Position numbers and translations under genes: made by a program | Notes under the pieces: model-generated | Seen by the model: the letters and a program-made list of their open reading frames with translations, nothing else | Told to the model about the DNA's origin: nothing | Databases searched by the model: none | In this document: positions 25,747 through 40,100 of the stretch, in pieces | Numbering within the stretch: the first letter of the stretch is position 1 | How the letters are laid out: the number at the start of each line of letters is the position of its first letter | Assembly (NCBI RefSeq): GCF_006345805.1 | Contig: NC_043004.1 | Coordinates: 80,538,001-80,602,000 of the forward strand | Length of the DNA: 64,000 nt | Direction: 5' to 3' | From: Octopus sinensis | Lineage: Eukaryota

Positions 25747-28055
25747 CACGTTCATCATTGGATGACTTGTACCTCTGATACAAAGGGTACCCCTGATACA
25801 AAGGTGCCTCTGATACAAAGGCCTTACTTTGTTACACACACACACAGTCTGATGGAAAAGCTCAGGTGTGGCTGTGTGGTAAGTAGTTTGCTTTCCAAAC
25901 ACATGGTTTGGGGTTCAACCCCACTGTATGGCACCTTGGGCAAGTGTCTTCTACTATAGCTTTGAGCCAACCAAAGCCTTGTTAGTGGATTTAGTAGATG
26001 GAAACTGCAAGAAGCCCATTTTGTATATATTTATGTGTGTATGTGTAAGTCTTGTCAGTGGATTTGGTAAATGGAAACTGAAAGAAGCCCATTGTGTATA
26101 TATGTATGTGTCTCTCTCTATGGTTGTCTCAGCATCGTATGATTGTCCTAAATGGCCATTTGTCGTTATCATCATCTCTCGTACACTTTTGCGATGCATT
26201 GATGCCACTACTACAAAATGCTTCCGGATAAAGTTATAGCATTACTTCATCCTGATGTTCTCAAAGTGTTTTCTTGGCAGAGATATTGCAGTGGTTTGCC
26301 ATTGCTGTTCCCAGCTGGTCAGTTGTTTACCAGCAGGCAGCCCAGACCCCCTCCTCCCAAGAATATTAAGCTACTCAAATGGTGGGAACCGGTTCGGTTG
26401 CCTACCGCTCGATCATGGAACAGGTTGTACTGGTTTACATGGTACCAGAAGCAGGCTGCACCAGCCTATGGGGAGATCCCTGCCCTGACATCTGGCCCTG
26501 GGGAAATATTACTTTACTGCTGGTAGGGAAGTATTACCTTCCTTAGCTTGAAAACAAGCAAAGGTTGGTGACAGGAAGGGTATCCAACTAGAAAAATTTT
26601 CTATCAATAAACTCAGATCCATACAAGCAAGGAAAACTGGACATAAAACAAAAGTGAAATGTATATATATGCATCTGTGGTGTACTCAGCCACTTATATA
26701 TTCAGGCATTCATTAAATTATATTATATCACCAAAATTGAAGAACCAATATTCAATTTTATGGGGTGCCACATAGTTTCTGTTCTACGTTAGTATACACG
26801 ACACCGACCATGCTGTGATTGACTGATGGGTGAGGTTTCATAATAAACGGCACTAGGGAAATCAGTTTACCAATTTACAAGTACTATTATGGAATATTGG
26901 ATGAGGAAATAGTGATGGAGGGGTACCATTGTCCCGAGGCTGTTCTATTCTACATCGAGAAATATTGCAAACACATTCTCTAATAGATTGTAAGTGGATT
27001 TTATATTGAGGAATATGACATACAGCCTCTCTAACAGACACTTATGGTTTGCAGACAATATATGTATATATGTGTATGTATATATATATATATATATAAT
27101 ATATATATATATATACATACATACATACATACATACATACATACATACATCATACATCATACATACATACATACACACATATGCATAGTGCGTATGTATG
27201 TATGTATGTACATATATGCGTATTGTACGTCTGTATATATCTGTGCGTGTATATATATATATATATATATATATTTGAGAGTGTGTATGTTATATATAAT
27301 GTATATGTACTTGTACTTTACACATATATATACACACACATCGTTTATTACAGAATCTGTAATATCCCCTATATTTATAGAACACACACACAAACACACT
27401 GTGTAAGCTATATCTAGAAATATTATATACAAACTCCCTAATGGCTTGTTATAGATTATACACACACACACTCACACCTTACAATAAATGATTTCTCAAA
27501 CATTAATTCTTCTCCATTACTGATTTTCCTATACATTCCGCTTTCGTGTGAATCTTATTGAATTACACAGTTTACATATATACCAGCCAGTTCTCAGTGT
27601 GTTTGTACCTGCGTGCATCCATATATATTCATTTCCCCTTTACTTGCTTCAATCATTGGACTGCAGCCATTCCAGGAAACTGGCCTGAAGGGGTTTACGC
27701 AGTTGAATCAACCCCAGTACTTTTTTTTTAAGCTTGGTACTTATCCTGTTTGCCTCTTTTACCAAAACACTAAGCTATGGGGACATAAATATACCAACAC
27801 TGGTTGTCAAGCAGTGCTGGGGGACAAACACAGACACAAAGGCACATACACATAGCTATATATATATGTAGACATATGACAGGCTTCTTTCAGTTTCCGT
27901 AAGCAAGCCACTTACCACACAGCCACTCCTGCTATATGTTTTTACTTCTAGTTCTTTGTATGCGTGTGTGTATGTGCATGTGTATGCATGCATCTGTGTA
28001 TGTTTGTGCATTGCATTTAGAATATATCTCTGTGATTATGTGCTTTGTGTATATA

Positions 28056-28433
28056 CAGGGTGTTCAAAAAGTCTCTCCGCAGTATTTTACTGCAAAACAA
28101 ATATTTATAAGATGGTATAAGACTACAAAAGAAAAACTTTATAAGATGTGTTGAAAGTGTTGTCCTTCCTTTTCGGTACATAAGTTCATTCTTCTCCACA
28201 TGTTTTGAAATACATCTTGGAGAGTCTGGTGCGGTATGGACCGCGTGATGGTTATGATTGATTCTTTTAGCTCATTAATGGTTTTCGGGCAATTCTTGTA
28301 TACTGATCCTTTACTTGCTCCTCAGAAGAAAATGTCTGGAGGTGTTAAATCGGGTGATCTCGGTGGCCAAAGTCCCTTCAAAATAATCCGTTCACCAGAA
28401 AATTCACTGCGGAGGGACGTTTTGAACATCCTG
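28056..28433 (-). mobile_element. Internally deleted Tc1/mariner element
   Basis: 28-bp TIRs cagggtgttcaaaaagtctctccgcagt / actgcggagggacgttttgaacatcctg, with TA on the left. Minus strand gives LWPPRSPDLTPPDIFF*GASKGSVY...GQHFQHIL*, a transposase C-terminus. Confidence 0.88.
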
Positions 28434-29789
28434 TGTATGTGTGTGTGTGTATGAGTGGAATATAGTTTTTACTAAGTTAAAGTGGTAATGTGTAGAAACT
28501 TTAAATCTGCAGTTCCACAGTTTGTTGGAATTATTTATAATTCTTTATCACAAAAATCACAAGTTTTTGATTAAAATGGAGACAGGGAAAATGCATGGAA
28601 TTGGATAACTGTAATACAAGATAATCCAAATTCAAATAACATGTGACATGAATTGCAGGAAAAAAGGAGTGGAGACTGTATGCAAACAATGGGAACTTGA
28701 ATTTAGCTTAGATCTGTCTGTCTTTTACTGCTTTTTGTTTGGTCTATATTGAATGTTCCATGGTGTTATTGCCAAAATATCATATTTCTTTCTTGTGATT
28801 CCACTGGAAAAAATAAATAACAAAAAAAAAATATTTTAAAATGTCAAACTGACGCTAATGCAAGTGCTGTTGTCATGGTATCAGACAGAAGTTTGCTGCC
28901 ATACAAAAATAGGTCATTTATCGCAAACAAGATGGCAACCACCGTCTTTTTTTCTCTTTGTTTTTGGTATTTTTAATCATAAAATCAAAACTCCGATCCT
29001 TTAAACTTCACCTATATGACAGTGTAATATTTCCACTGAGATTATCTAGAATTATGTCTTAATCTGTTCAGTTTTATTCATAGGAAGAAGGTTTGATCTT
29101 GTTTAATACTGTTGACAACAAAACTCTCTTTGACTGTTTTTATTCTTTTTCGTCTTTTGGTGCCCTGATCTGAGATTGAACTTACAACTGTTATCTTCTT
29201 AGCTCTAATATAACCAAAAACAAAGGAGTGCATTTTAGGGTCTTACCCACATCATCATCATCATTGTTTAATATCTGTTTTCCATGCTAGATGTGTTGGA
29301 CAGTTCGACTGGGGTCTGGGAAACCAGGAGGCTGCACCAGGCTCCAATTTGATCTGGCAATCTTTCTACAGCTGGATGACCTTCCTAACGCCAACCGCTT
29401 CAAGAGTGTAGTGGGTGCTTTTTACGTGCCACCAGCACAGGGGCCAGAGGAGGCTGGCAATGGCCACAGTCTGTTGGTGCTTTTTACATGCCACCGGCAC
29501 AGAAGCCAGTCAAGGTGGCGCTGGCATCGGCCACATTCGGATGGTGCTTTTTATGAGCCACCGGCATGGGGATCACAACTACAATCTCCATTTGATTTCC
29601 ATTTTGATGTTCATGTACATGACTCAATAGATCTCTTCAAGCACAGCATGTCGCCCTACGATACTTTTCCAAAATTCTTGTACATACATGTACACCCCCA
29701 CCACCCCTACCACCACATGTTGCTATTCAAGCTATAATGGAAAGAATAAATGTAACCGATGTTGGTGTGTTTACATCCCTGTCACTTAA

Positions 29790-30009
29790 CCCTTTAGCAT
29801 TCAGATTAATCTGTCAAGTGTAAAGCCTATTTAATTACATTGTTTTAAATAAATTGCACAGTATCTTGTAACTCTGAGATTTTAATATTGTCCCTGTTTA
29901 TTTTAAGAATGACTTTGTAGGGTAGGTGTGAGAGGTCAGAGCTGGCTGGTTTGAGCATAAAGCAGGAAGACTATTTTGGCCTGATATAGCCGCTTTAAAC
30001 ACTAAAGGG
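29790..30009. mobile_element. TTAA-flanked piggyBac-type MITE nested in a SINE A tail
   Basis: TTAA-ccctttagcatt...acactaaaggg-TTAA. The flanks rejoin as gtgtttacatccctgtcactta...gttcagcaagagagaccgatag. Confidence 0.82.
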
Positions 30010-31654
30010 TTAAAGTTCAGCAAGAGAGACCGATAGAATAAGTACTTGGCTTACAAAGAATAAGTCCTGGGGTTGATCTGCTTGACTAAATAAAGGAGGT
30101 GCTCCAGCATGGCTGCAGGCAAATGAAAGCGAAACGAATAAAAGAATGATGATATCCCCATTTCTTATAGTCTGTTAGTACTTATTGTACTGTAGTATCA
30201 ATTTCTTAAAATCTGTGAATATTATCCTACCTGCTGTATTGCTCTTGTTACTACATACCAAACCTTTTATACAAGTCTGTTATCATTATCTGTTCCAGTA
30301 TACAATTCTAACCTTCATTCCATCGTATTATCTTCTAATTTCAAAAGCAAAGCTGTACTAGTAACTTTGGTAAAGCGGCATTGTTTTGCTCTAAGACAAA
30401 ACTACGGCATTCACTACATTCTCCTAATTTCTCTTCAGACTTTTGTTTTGTTTCATTTCCCCTACATCTTTTTTTTCCTTATTTGCTTTGTTTTTTTTTT
30501 GTTTGTTTTTTTTCGTTTCAAATAAATGCAAAAGATTTCTTGCAGGTGAACAGGCATCTCCCATTTCCTTACAGTATCAAGATCTATTACTAAAACATCA
30601 AATCACAAATTCTTCCCAAATTCAAGGCATTTGTCAATTATGGTGGAAATAATTCCGATGTATTTTAGCAAATATTTTAATGTTTAAGAGCAGCTATGAA
30701 GAGAAAAATGATGGGTGCTAGATTATTTTTTTAGATACTTTTATCTTTTTCGTTTTATTCTGTTGCAATTTACTTTTTTTTTTTTTGTGTGTTCTTTATT
30801 TCCGTTGCATTTTTTTCTTATTTTTCACGACGACGCTTCTATTTCAACTTTAAATCAACTATTTATTTACTCATCCTTGAAATTAATTCTACTTTACGAG
30901 TACATCTTTGCCCCTTATTGTCAAGTGACTAACAAAATGTTTAGAAGAATTGTCCCCTTTTTTTTGAAAAACTTGGCATAGAATAAGGGAATTTCATTGC
31001 CAACCCCAGCTCCTCACCTTCTAAATTGCCCTCTCTTTGTCTCTAAACAAAATCATGGTTCTGTCATGTGATCTAAATTAGAGTTTAATGATATTTTAGT
31101 CATTCCAAATTATTCTCCCTTTTGTTCTGTTTACCATTATTAGAATTAAGCAGATTGCAATTTGTTGCACTTTTCATTATTTCTTCTTCTTCTAACATTT
31201 TTCATTGTTGTTATTGTTTTTGCTCATGTTTTTGGTGTTGTTCTTGTCATGTTGTTGGAGATATGTGCTTGGAATCATTAGTGTTGTTGTTGTTGTTATT
31301 CTTCACTCCAAATCAACCCTGATCATGAAAACCCATGATCATACATGTTCCAGTTATGGCCATCCCAACTTTAATATCTACATTAACTAAGGCAACAAGT
31401 TGGCAGAACACATTCTGAGTTCAAGTTTCACCAAGCTTCACTTCGCCTTTCACCCCTTTCAGGGTTGATAGAATAAATACCAGCTGAGCCCTGGGTCAGT
31501 GTAATCAATTTACCTTGTCCCCTTAAGTTTCTGGCCTTGAGCCAAAATTTGGACCCAATATCTACATTGTCTAACCAATGCATCCCTTCTTCACCATAAT
31601 CCAAGTTTGTTGGAAATTGGGACTCAAACTTCTCCGGCCCTCAATTCTATTATT

Positions 31655-32055
31655 CTTTTACTTGTTTCAGTCATTTGTCTGTGGCCATGCTGGAGCACTG
31701 TCTGTAGTGGAACAAATCTACCCTAGGACTTATACTTTGCAAGCCTAGTACTTATTCTATTGGTCTCTCTTGCCGAACCGCTAATTGACGGACATAAACA
31801 CACCAACATTGGTCGCTAAGCGATGTTGGGGGGACAAACAAGACACACAAACATATACACATATACACATATACATACATATATATATATATATATATAC
31901 ATACACACATATGCAACAAGCTTCTTTCAGTTTCCGTCTACCAAATCCACTCATAAAGCTTTGGTCAACCCAAGGCTATAGTAGAAGGCACTTGCCCAAG
32001 GCTCCACACAGTGGGACTGAACTCGGAACCATGTGGTTGAGAAGCAAGCATACTT
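31655..32055 (-). mobile_element. SINE family A copy
   Basis: Reverse complement of the 335-722 element. Confidence 0.8.
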
Positions 32056-34354
32056 AGTGGTATTTTGTCTGTTTTTATGTTTTGAGTTCAAATTCCACCG
32101 AAGTCAACTTTGCCTTTCATCATTTCAGGGTCGATAAATTGAGTACCAGTTGCATACTGGGGTTGATGTAATTGACTAACCTCTTCCCACCCAAATTTCA
32201 GGTCTTGTGCCTTTTGTAGAGGGGATTATTTTTATTGTTATTGTTATTATTATTATTATTATTATTATTAAAAGGTATTAGTTGACAGAGATATGTAGCC
32301 TCAGGTAAATTTGCTGAAAGGTGGGTGAATGTGGCAACTACAGGCCTGAGTGATTGGGGTCTGTAGGCTGAGGATTACAGTGGAGGTAGGAGCACCTGTG
32401 GCTCTACTCCTGATGAGTAGTAAGTATGGCATGAAATCAGTGGGGCTCCTTAGTCACCCCTGTGTGGGGTTTGACCCCTGCTGGGGAATTTATCAGAAGC
32501 ATGTAAACAGTAACAATATGTCAAAAACTTCGGTTATTTTCCACTGTCTTTTGATTTTCTATTGTTGTCAGTATTTATACTGCCCTTGTGGCCAATAAAG
32601 AATTATTATTATTATTATTATCATCATTATTATTATCATTATTATTATTATTATTACTGTTATTATTATCATTATTATTATTATTATTATTATTATGAAT
32701 GTGTAAGTGTGCTGGGGTTGACAGCTGTCAACTTTTGTCTTCTAACCCTTTAGGAGTGGTGGTCATAAAAGACAGGCAAATCAAATTCTGAATCAATTTA
32801 ATTGACTGCAATCTTATGTAATTTCTTTAGAAATCAATAATAATAATAATGATAATAATAATAATAATAGAAGCAGTAATAGTAATAAGAGAAATAGTAA
32901 CAATAATAGTTGTTAATTTTGTTGTTATTATCATCATCATCATTATTTTTAGCCACAATAACAGAGATTTCTGGAAGTGAAGTGAGAAATAAGATTGTCT
33001 GACATTTATGCTTTTCACAAAAATATTAAATACATTTTTGTGGAACTTGGCTTCAATTGAAAATCAAGGATGGTTGGCTGTCTGGCTGTCTGTCTGTTTG
33101 TCTGGCTGGTTGGCAGCTTGTACTTTTGCTGTGTTAGAAGGCTTTTTTCTCTACTACAATATTCGTATTCTTTTTTTATTATTTAAAAACTAGTGTTACT
33201 CATCATAGGGCAGATGATATCGAGTGTATACTTATACCATTGTAGGTAATATCTGCTAATGTTACATAATTACAATAATTATACTCGTTCTTCCATGCAA
33301 ATTTTGTGCTGCTTCATACAGAATAATAAAGGGAATGTTAATTTTTAAAAAAAATAAAATTAAAATATTTATTACATTGAAATAACATTAAATAAAACAA
33401 ATTTCTCATTTGTACGTCTGCAATAAATATGTATGTTATCAATAACATTATTACTGTTTAACTATCAATGAATTACAAATATAACATTGCCAGTCATTGC
33501 TACCTATAGCAAAAGCAGGTTCTCAGCCTCTGAGTTGAACAGAATTCATAGGGCAAGATTTTCTACAGCCAGATATCTGTCCTGTCACCTATCTCATTTG
33601 TTTCCAATCAAGACTATATGTTCTTGTGAATGGACATTTTTCTTTTTTTTTTTGTCTGCAAGGGATTGAAAAAGAATTTCACTGTTTGTATGATAGTAAC
33701 ACTCACAATTACCACTTGATGTCAAGACATGGAAGCGCACACAAACACACACACGATAGGCATTTTCAGCTTCCATCTACCAAATGCACTCACGAGGATT
33801 TGGTTGGCCCAGGGCTATAGTAGAAGACACTCAAGGTACCATGCAGTGGAACTGAACCCGGAACAATGCCAGTGGAGCATAAAAAGAACATAGCACACTC
33901 TGTAGTTGGAATTCAGAAGAGCATCAAGCCATAGAAACCATGCCACAACAGACAGTTGGAATCTGTACACTTCCCTGCTGTCAAATTATGTCAAACCATC
34001 CAACTCATGCCAGCACAGAGAGCGGACGTTAAACGATGATGATGATGATGATGGTGGTGATGATGATATATGTATAGTTTTTTTGAAAATGAAAGTTTCT
34101 CTTTGTAACTTGAGTTTCGGGCCAGAGTGATCTTCAGGTGAAGCTAAATATTTTGCTTGAACATTACTTGAGACTTGATTTGTGAGTCAAACTTTCAGTT
34201 TCAATTAAAAAAAACCAAAACCATACCCCCTACAACATATTGAGCACTCCTCTTATTCATTCAACTTAATTGAAGTGGTGAGTGTGTGCACATATATATC
34301 TGTATACATATATATATATGTATATACACACGTGTCTGTATATATGTAGACGTG

Positions 34355-34394
<40 letters not shown>

Positions 34395-35820
34395 CAATCT
34401 CTAAATCTCTTTAATGGTACTAAACATTGAAGATCTGTCTTAGATATCTTTTGATACACACATATCAAACACAAAAATGCGATATCTGTTTATCACCCGG
34501 GCCACCTAGTTTTGTTTATGCGCTCACAAAATAAACCTTATCTTTACCGCAACCCTGTCTAACATTACAATTAGCAAATGTCTTATGTTATATTTAGCCA
34601 TTTCTCCCCAGTTGCTTTGTATAGTGGTTCGTTTTCTTCGTCTAACATTGCGTTTAGTTTCTGTCTAACTCTGTCGATATTTGCAGAATTTATTTAATAA
34701 CGATTGCTATCGTACCTGGTTGGGTCTAATTTTGTATCAGATGAATACGATTCACTCTTTGTTTTTTTTTCTTGTTTGTTTGTTTGTTTCTCATGCAGCA
34801 TATTTCTAAGTCTGTATGTAGCCTGTTCTATCACCATCTAATACTATGTTGTTACCCTTATTATTATTATTATTATTATTATTATTTCTTGTTATACTTT
34901 TGTTTTCTTTGCTGGTGTTGTTTTTCTAGTTGGTGTTATTATTACTATTATTACTACTACTTCTATTATTATTATTATTATTATTATTATTGTTATTATT
35001 ATTATCATTTCTTGTTATACTGTTGTTTTCTTTGCTGGTGTTGTTTTTCTAGTTGTTACTACTACTATACTACTACTACTACTACTACTACTATTTTTAT
35101 TAAATTCTACTGAAGTCAACTTTACCTTTCAGCCTTTTGGCGGGGTCAGTAAAAAGCTCCCGGCCAAGCACTGGAATCAGTGTAACCAACACATATGCCC
35201 TCTCTTGAAATTACTGGCTTTGTGCCAAAATGTGAAACCAATATTATTATTATTATTGTTGTTGTTAAAAAGGCAGCTGGCAGAATCATTCTTGCATTGA
35301 ATAAAATGCTGAGCACCATTTCGTCCATCTTCATGTCCTGAGTTCAGATTCTGCCTTGGTCAACTTCGCATTTTTGTCCTTTCGTGGAATGATCACTTAC
35401 ACGTGATTGGTCTATAAATCAGCCAATCATCATGAGGCTGTGGTGGGATTTGGTTTTCTCAAGTATTTATTCTTGTGTCCTATAAAAAAAAAATCATCTT
35501 TGCTGTTCAATTACTCACAGAGTGTCAAAGGTGGTTGGCTAACAAACATGACCGTTCTCTTGCCAAGTAGACAATTCCGGACATTTGTGCAGACAATTGC
35601 TGGTTCTCAGACAGACCCATTCTGAACATTCACAGTTTCATAAGTAATTTCCTTTGGATGTGGCACTGTTCTTCGCTCTCTTTCTTTCCCCAACCCCTGC
35701 CATCAATTCTTTATGTCGTTCATTGTAAAAAAGCCAATATCAATTATTTTTTATTTCCAGCAATTAATACCAAAGTTAAATGTTTGTGAGTTTGCTTCAA
35801 TTATTACTTATGCAAGTGAC

Positions 35821-36430
35821 CCCTAATAGTGGGGGGAACCTTGTGAAAGAGGTAGACCCAGGAAGACATAGGATGAGGTGATGAATCATGATCTTTGGAT
35901 GTTGGGTTGCATGGACAGGCAATGTGAAATGATTAAGACCTTTGGCAGTTTGCTGTGCTTAACAAGACACATCAAGCCAAGTGAAATCATAGTCTTAGTG
36001 GTAGTAGTAGTGGTGGTGGTGGTAGTAGTAGTAGTAGTAAAAGCAGCAGCTGTAGTGGTAGTGGAGAGAGGATCTGGAGGGAAATAAGATGATTTGGTAA
36101 ATGTAGGAAGGTGTATAATGATAGTGTTGTTGTTGTTGGTGGTGGCGGTTGTGGCACATAAAAGGTACCTGTGACAGTGACTCATAAAACAACACCCGTG
36201 ACAGTGATAGTGTCACACAAAAGACAACTGTTATGGCAGTGCGTAAAAGTCACCCACGTTGGTGACATTTAAAAGGCACCCAGTACACTCTGTGGAGTGG
36301 TTGACATTAAAAAAGGACATCCAGGTGCAGGAGCTAATCTGAAATCAGACTGGAGCCTGGTACAACTCTCTGGCTTACCAGTTCCAGCCGAGCCGTCTAA
36401 CCCATACTAGCATGGAAAACGATGATGATT
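35821..36430 (+). mobile_element. Old decayed RTE 3' fragment
   Basis: gaggtagacccaggaagaca.gggatgaggtg (GRPRKTW-like), then UTR motifs and a gatgatgat tail. Confidence 0.65.
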
Positions 36431-37095
36431 GCGCAGCTTCAACAGAAGCAGCCACAAGCATCCGACCACAATGGTGACACTCATTGTTAATCCTCACCAG
36501 ATGACAAAGGCATCACCAGTTTTAGCCAATGCTCGCTCCTTCTGTCAGCTTTCACCTTGTTAGCAGAAGGTTGGCTGCATTAGAAAAGGTTTTTTTCGGG
36601 AACTTGTTAGTACGTTGTTGTTGGGATTATTTTGTGTGTTTTTTTAACTTTTTGTTTGTTTATTTGTGTCATTTATTTATTTATTTATTTTCTTGGCTGG
36701 TTGTCAATTCAAACAAACTCGAAACAAATTCCAGAGAGAGAGCAAAAGACAGCACCATGTCCTAATATGTGTGCAAAGCCAAATTGGTGTTTGGGTACAA
36801 TGCATGTTATACTTGAGGATTCTGAGGGGGGAGGAGATATCTGAAGACATTTATCGTAACCTTCAAGTGTCTGATTTCAAAGACTAGGGAATGTGATAGC
36901 ATATTGTGAGTGTGTCTGTCTGTTTGTCTCTCGCTCAACCCACCCTCTCTCTCTCTTTCTGTACTTGTGTGTGTGTATGCATGTATATATATATATATGA
37001 GAGGATGACAGTTCTTATGTGTTCCTGTTGTGTTTGTCGATATGTACATATATTATCATCATCATCATCCTTTAACGTCCGTTTTCCATGGTGGC

Positions 37096-37144
<49 letters not shown>

Positions 37145-40100
37145 AATTTGTGGTTTGGGCTTTAACTGCACTCTCTAGCATGTAAGGTGTCATGTTAAAG
37201 GTCACCTCTTTTGTGTATAAATACATACACTATTTTATGTATGTGTATATATATATATAGAGAGAGAGATAGATATATATACAGGGGGAGAATTCACAAA
37301 AATAAAACAAAATGACGAAGGCAGGTGGTGTAGACAACAAACAGATGTATTAGTATAACGCTAGGGAAGTGAAAAAGTCTTTAACGTTTTGAGCCCACGC
37401 TCTTCCACAGAAAGGAACAAAGAGAGAAAATATATAATGTGTAGTGGCTAGCGATCCATCAGGTCGAATATATATATGTGTGTGTTTGTGTGTGTGTATA
37501 TATATATATATATACACACACACATATACATGTACATATGTACATACATACAATTATAAGTGTACATAGATATATATATTACATATATACACATACACAT
37601 ATACATGATGAGTTCCTTTCAGCTTTTACCTACCAAATCTACTCACAAAACTGTTTACTCGTGCTTATAGTAGAAAACAATTGTACAAGATACTCTATGA
37701 TGAGATTGAACCTGATGTCACAGTTAGGGAAGCTAACTTTCTAACCATACACCTGCGCTTGTGCATGCACATATATACATGTATATATAACTGCACATGG
37801 ATTGTTGGCGATTTTACCTTATATTTCCTTCTTTCTCTTTGGACCTTTGTCTTTCCGACAAAGAGCTATGCTTGAAACGTTAGCAACTCTCTCCTTTCAC
37901 CAAGTGTCAAATTAATATATATCTTGTGCACATCTCCATGTCCATTTTATCTGGGTTTAAAAAAAAAATTTTTTTTGTTTATTTGAATTGACTATACATA
38001 CATACATACATATATATGTGCACACACACACTTATATATGCGTGTATTAGGAGCAATTGTGTTAGTATGCAACAACTACATACAGTTATATATTTACATT
38101 ACATACACTGTAAATATCAAACATATGTATAATGTGTGTGTGCATGCATATATATATATACACATATACTTATATATATATATGTACATACATAAATACA
38201 TGTGCACATACACACACAGTTGCATATACATATTACATGTGCATGCATTCATGCATAGTACTACACATGTAAATCATAATTTACATCTTGCAGAACCCAG
38301 CCTTACTTCATGTTTACCATTTTCAGTTTTACATTCTTCAAATCCCATGTGGAATAGTTTCAAGGATTTCTGTTCTTTGTTGTTGTTTTTTCATTTCCTA
38401 GCAGAGAAATGGTTTTTAATCTTCCAACTCTAAAGTTGGAACTATATTAACAGCACTGACCTTCAAAGGACGAATTGTGAAGTAGTGTAATAAGCTTCCT
38501 CTTCTTAGAAGAGGATTTTCCCTCATAAACAGCATCACCAAATCTCTGCTGTGTTCTTTAGATCTTCTGCGCCACAAAGTTAAACCTTGTTTTTCTTTAT
38601 TTAATTTTTGGGAAAATTGGGGTGGGAGTTCTTCGACATTATTATTTTCCATAGAGGAGGAACCTCTGGAGTGGAAGCCATGTAAGGATTGAAAAGAGGA
38701 AGCAAACAAATTGCTAAAATTAAGATGGGTTTAAGGATTTTCTTTCTATTAATTTATCCTTTTCCTTCTGCTTGTTTCAGTCATCAGACTGTGGCCATAC
38801 TGGGGCACTGCCTCAAAGAATTTTTTGTAAAACAAGGAGTCGACCCTAGTACTTATTTTTATATCAAGTCTGGAACTTATTCTGTCAGTCTTTTTTGCTG
38901 AACCACTAAGTGACATGGAGAAAAATACACCAACTTCAGTTGTGAAGCAGTGATGAGAGGCAAACACACTGATACACACACACACAAAGATATATGTATA
39001 CATATGACAGGCTTCTTTTAGTTTCCTTCTCTTAAATCGGAGCCTGGTGCAGCCTTCCAGCTTGCCAGCCCTGGTCAAACCCTCCAACCCATGCCAGCAT
39101 GGACAACAGATGTTAAATGATGATGATGAAATCCACTCTCAAGGCTTTGGTCAGCCTAGCTGAGATGTCTTGCTTTAGACAAGATACTTGGCTACTCTAC
39201 ATTTAATTAAGGGTGGGTAGAATGACCACTCTCATTCAGGAGCAGGTAATTCAGTGGGTCAAACAACTGAATCTTCATCACTGAACACTGTGTCTACTTT
39301 CTTAAGGGTACATGTCATTTTGACTGTCATAATTTAATGTCCATTTCAGATGTCAAATACCGTGTGTTGGACAGTTTGACGGGATCTAATGAACCCCAGG
39401 GCTACATCAAACCCCAAAGTCAGCTTTAGTATGACTTGTATGGCTTGATGCCCACCTGCCTAACACCAACCACTCTACTGAGTGTTTTGGGTGCTTTTCC
39501 TGTGGCACCAGCACTAGTGAGGTCACCATGCAACATAGAAGAACAAAAAAAGGGGGAAATTCCTCATGACTCAGTGTGGATGTGGGGGTAGCTGAGACAG
39601 TGGAAAAGTAATTTTTATGCCAAGAACTAGCTGAAGTGTATTGCTTTAACGAATATACATCGCTACCCTGCATTTATATATTGGTAATTTAATTGATTAA
39701 ACAACTGGATTTTCATCGCTGAACGACAGTGTGCCACAACCATTTCTTTCTTAACCATTTCTTTTTTCATATTTTATTTTATTCCTCTCAGACTCAGGGT
39801 GGAGGAGCAATATCTATAAAGTCAGAACTCTTCTTCCTTTATGGAAATTAATCTTCGTTATTGAAAGAAATCATCATGAAAGTTCTTTAACCTCAATCAT
39901 GGTTCTTTTCTGTCTTTTTTTTTTTTGGTAACATATTGGCACTCTTTGTTTATTTTTCTTTTATTTCTTGGTACTACTATATTGGCACAACCGACCAACA
40001 ATAAAAACTATTCACTTCTTTTATTCAATAAAGGTTCCATTGGACAAAACTTCATATTGGTTTTATTTCAGTTTCTTAGTTTATTTATTCTTTTTTTTTC

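Noticed and set aside
30530-30652. Possible glypican exon after ttcttgcag (also acceptor-like sites at about 48746 and 50299)
   Set aside because: The translations lack glypican motifs and hit stops without a convincing donor.
34360-34510. Second Helitron (cccgggccacctagt end)
   Set aside because: Only a short terminal resemblance; too weak to call.
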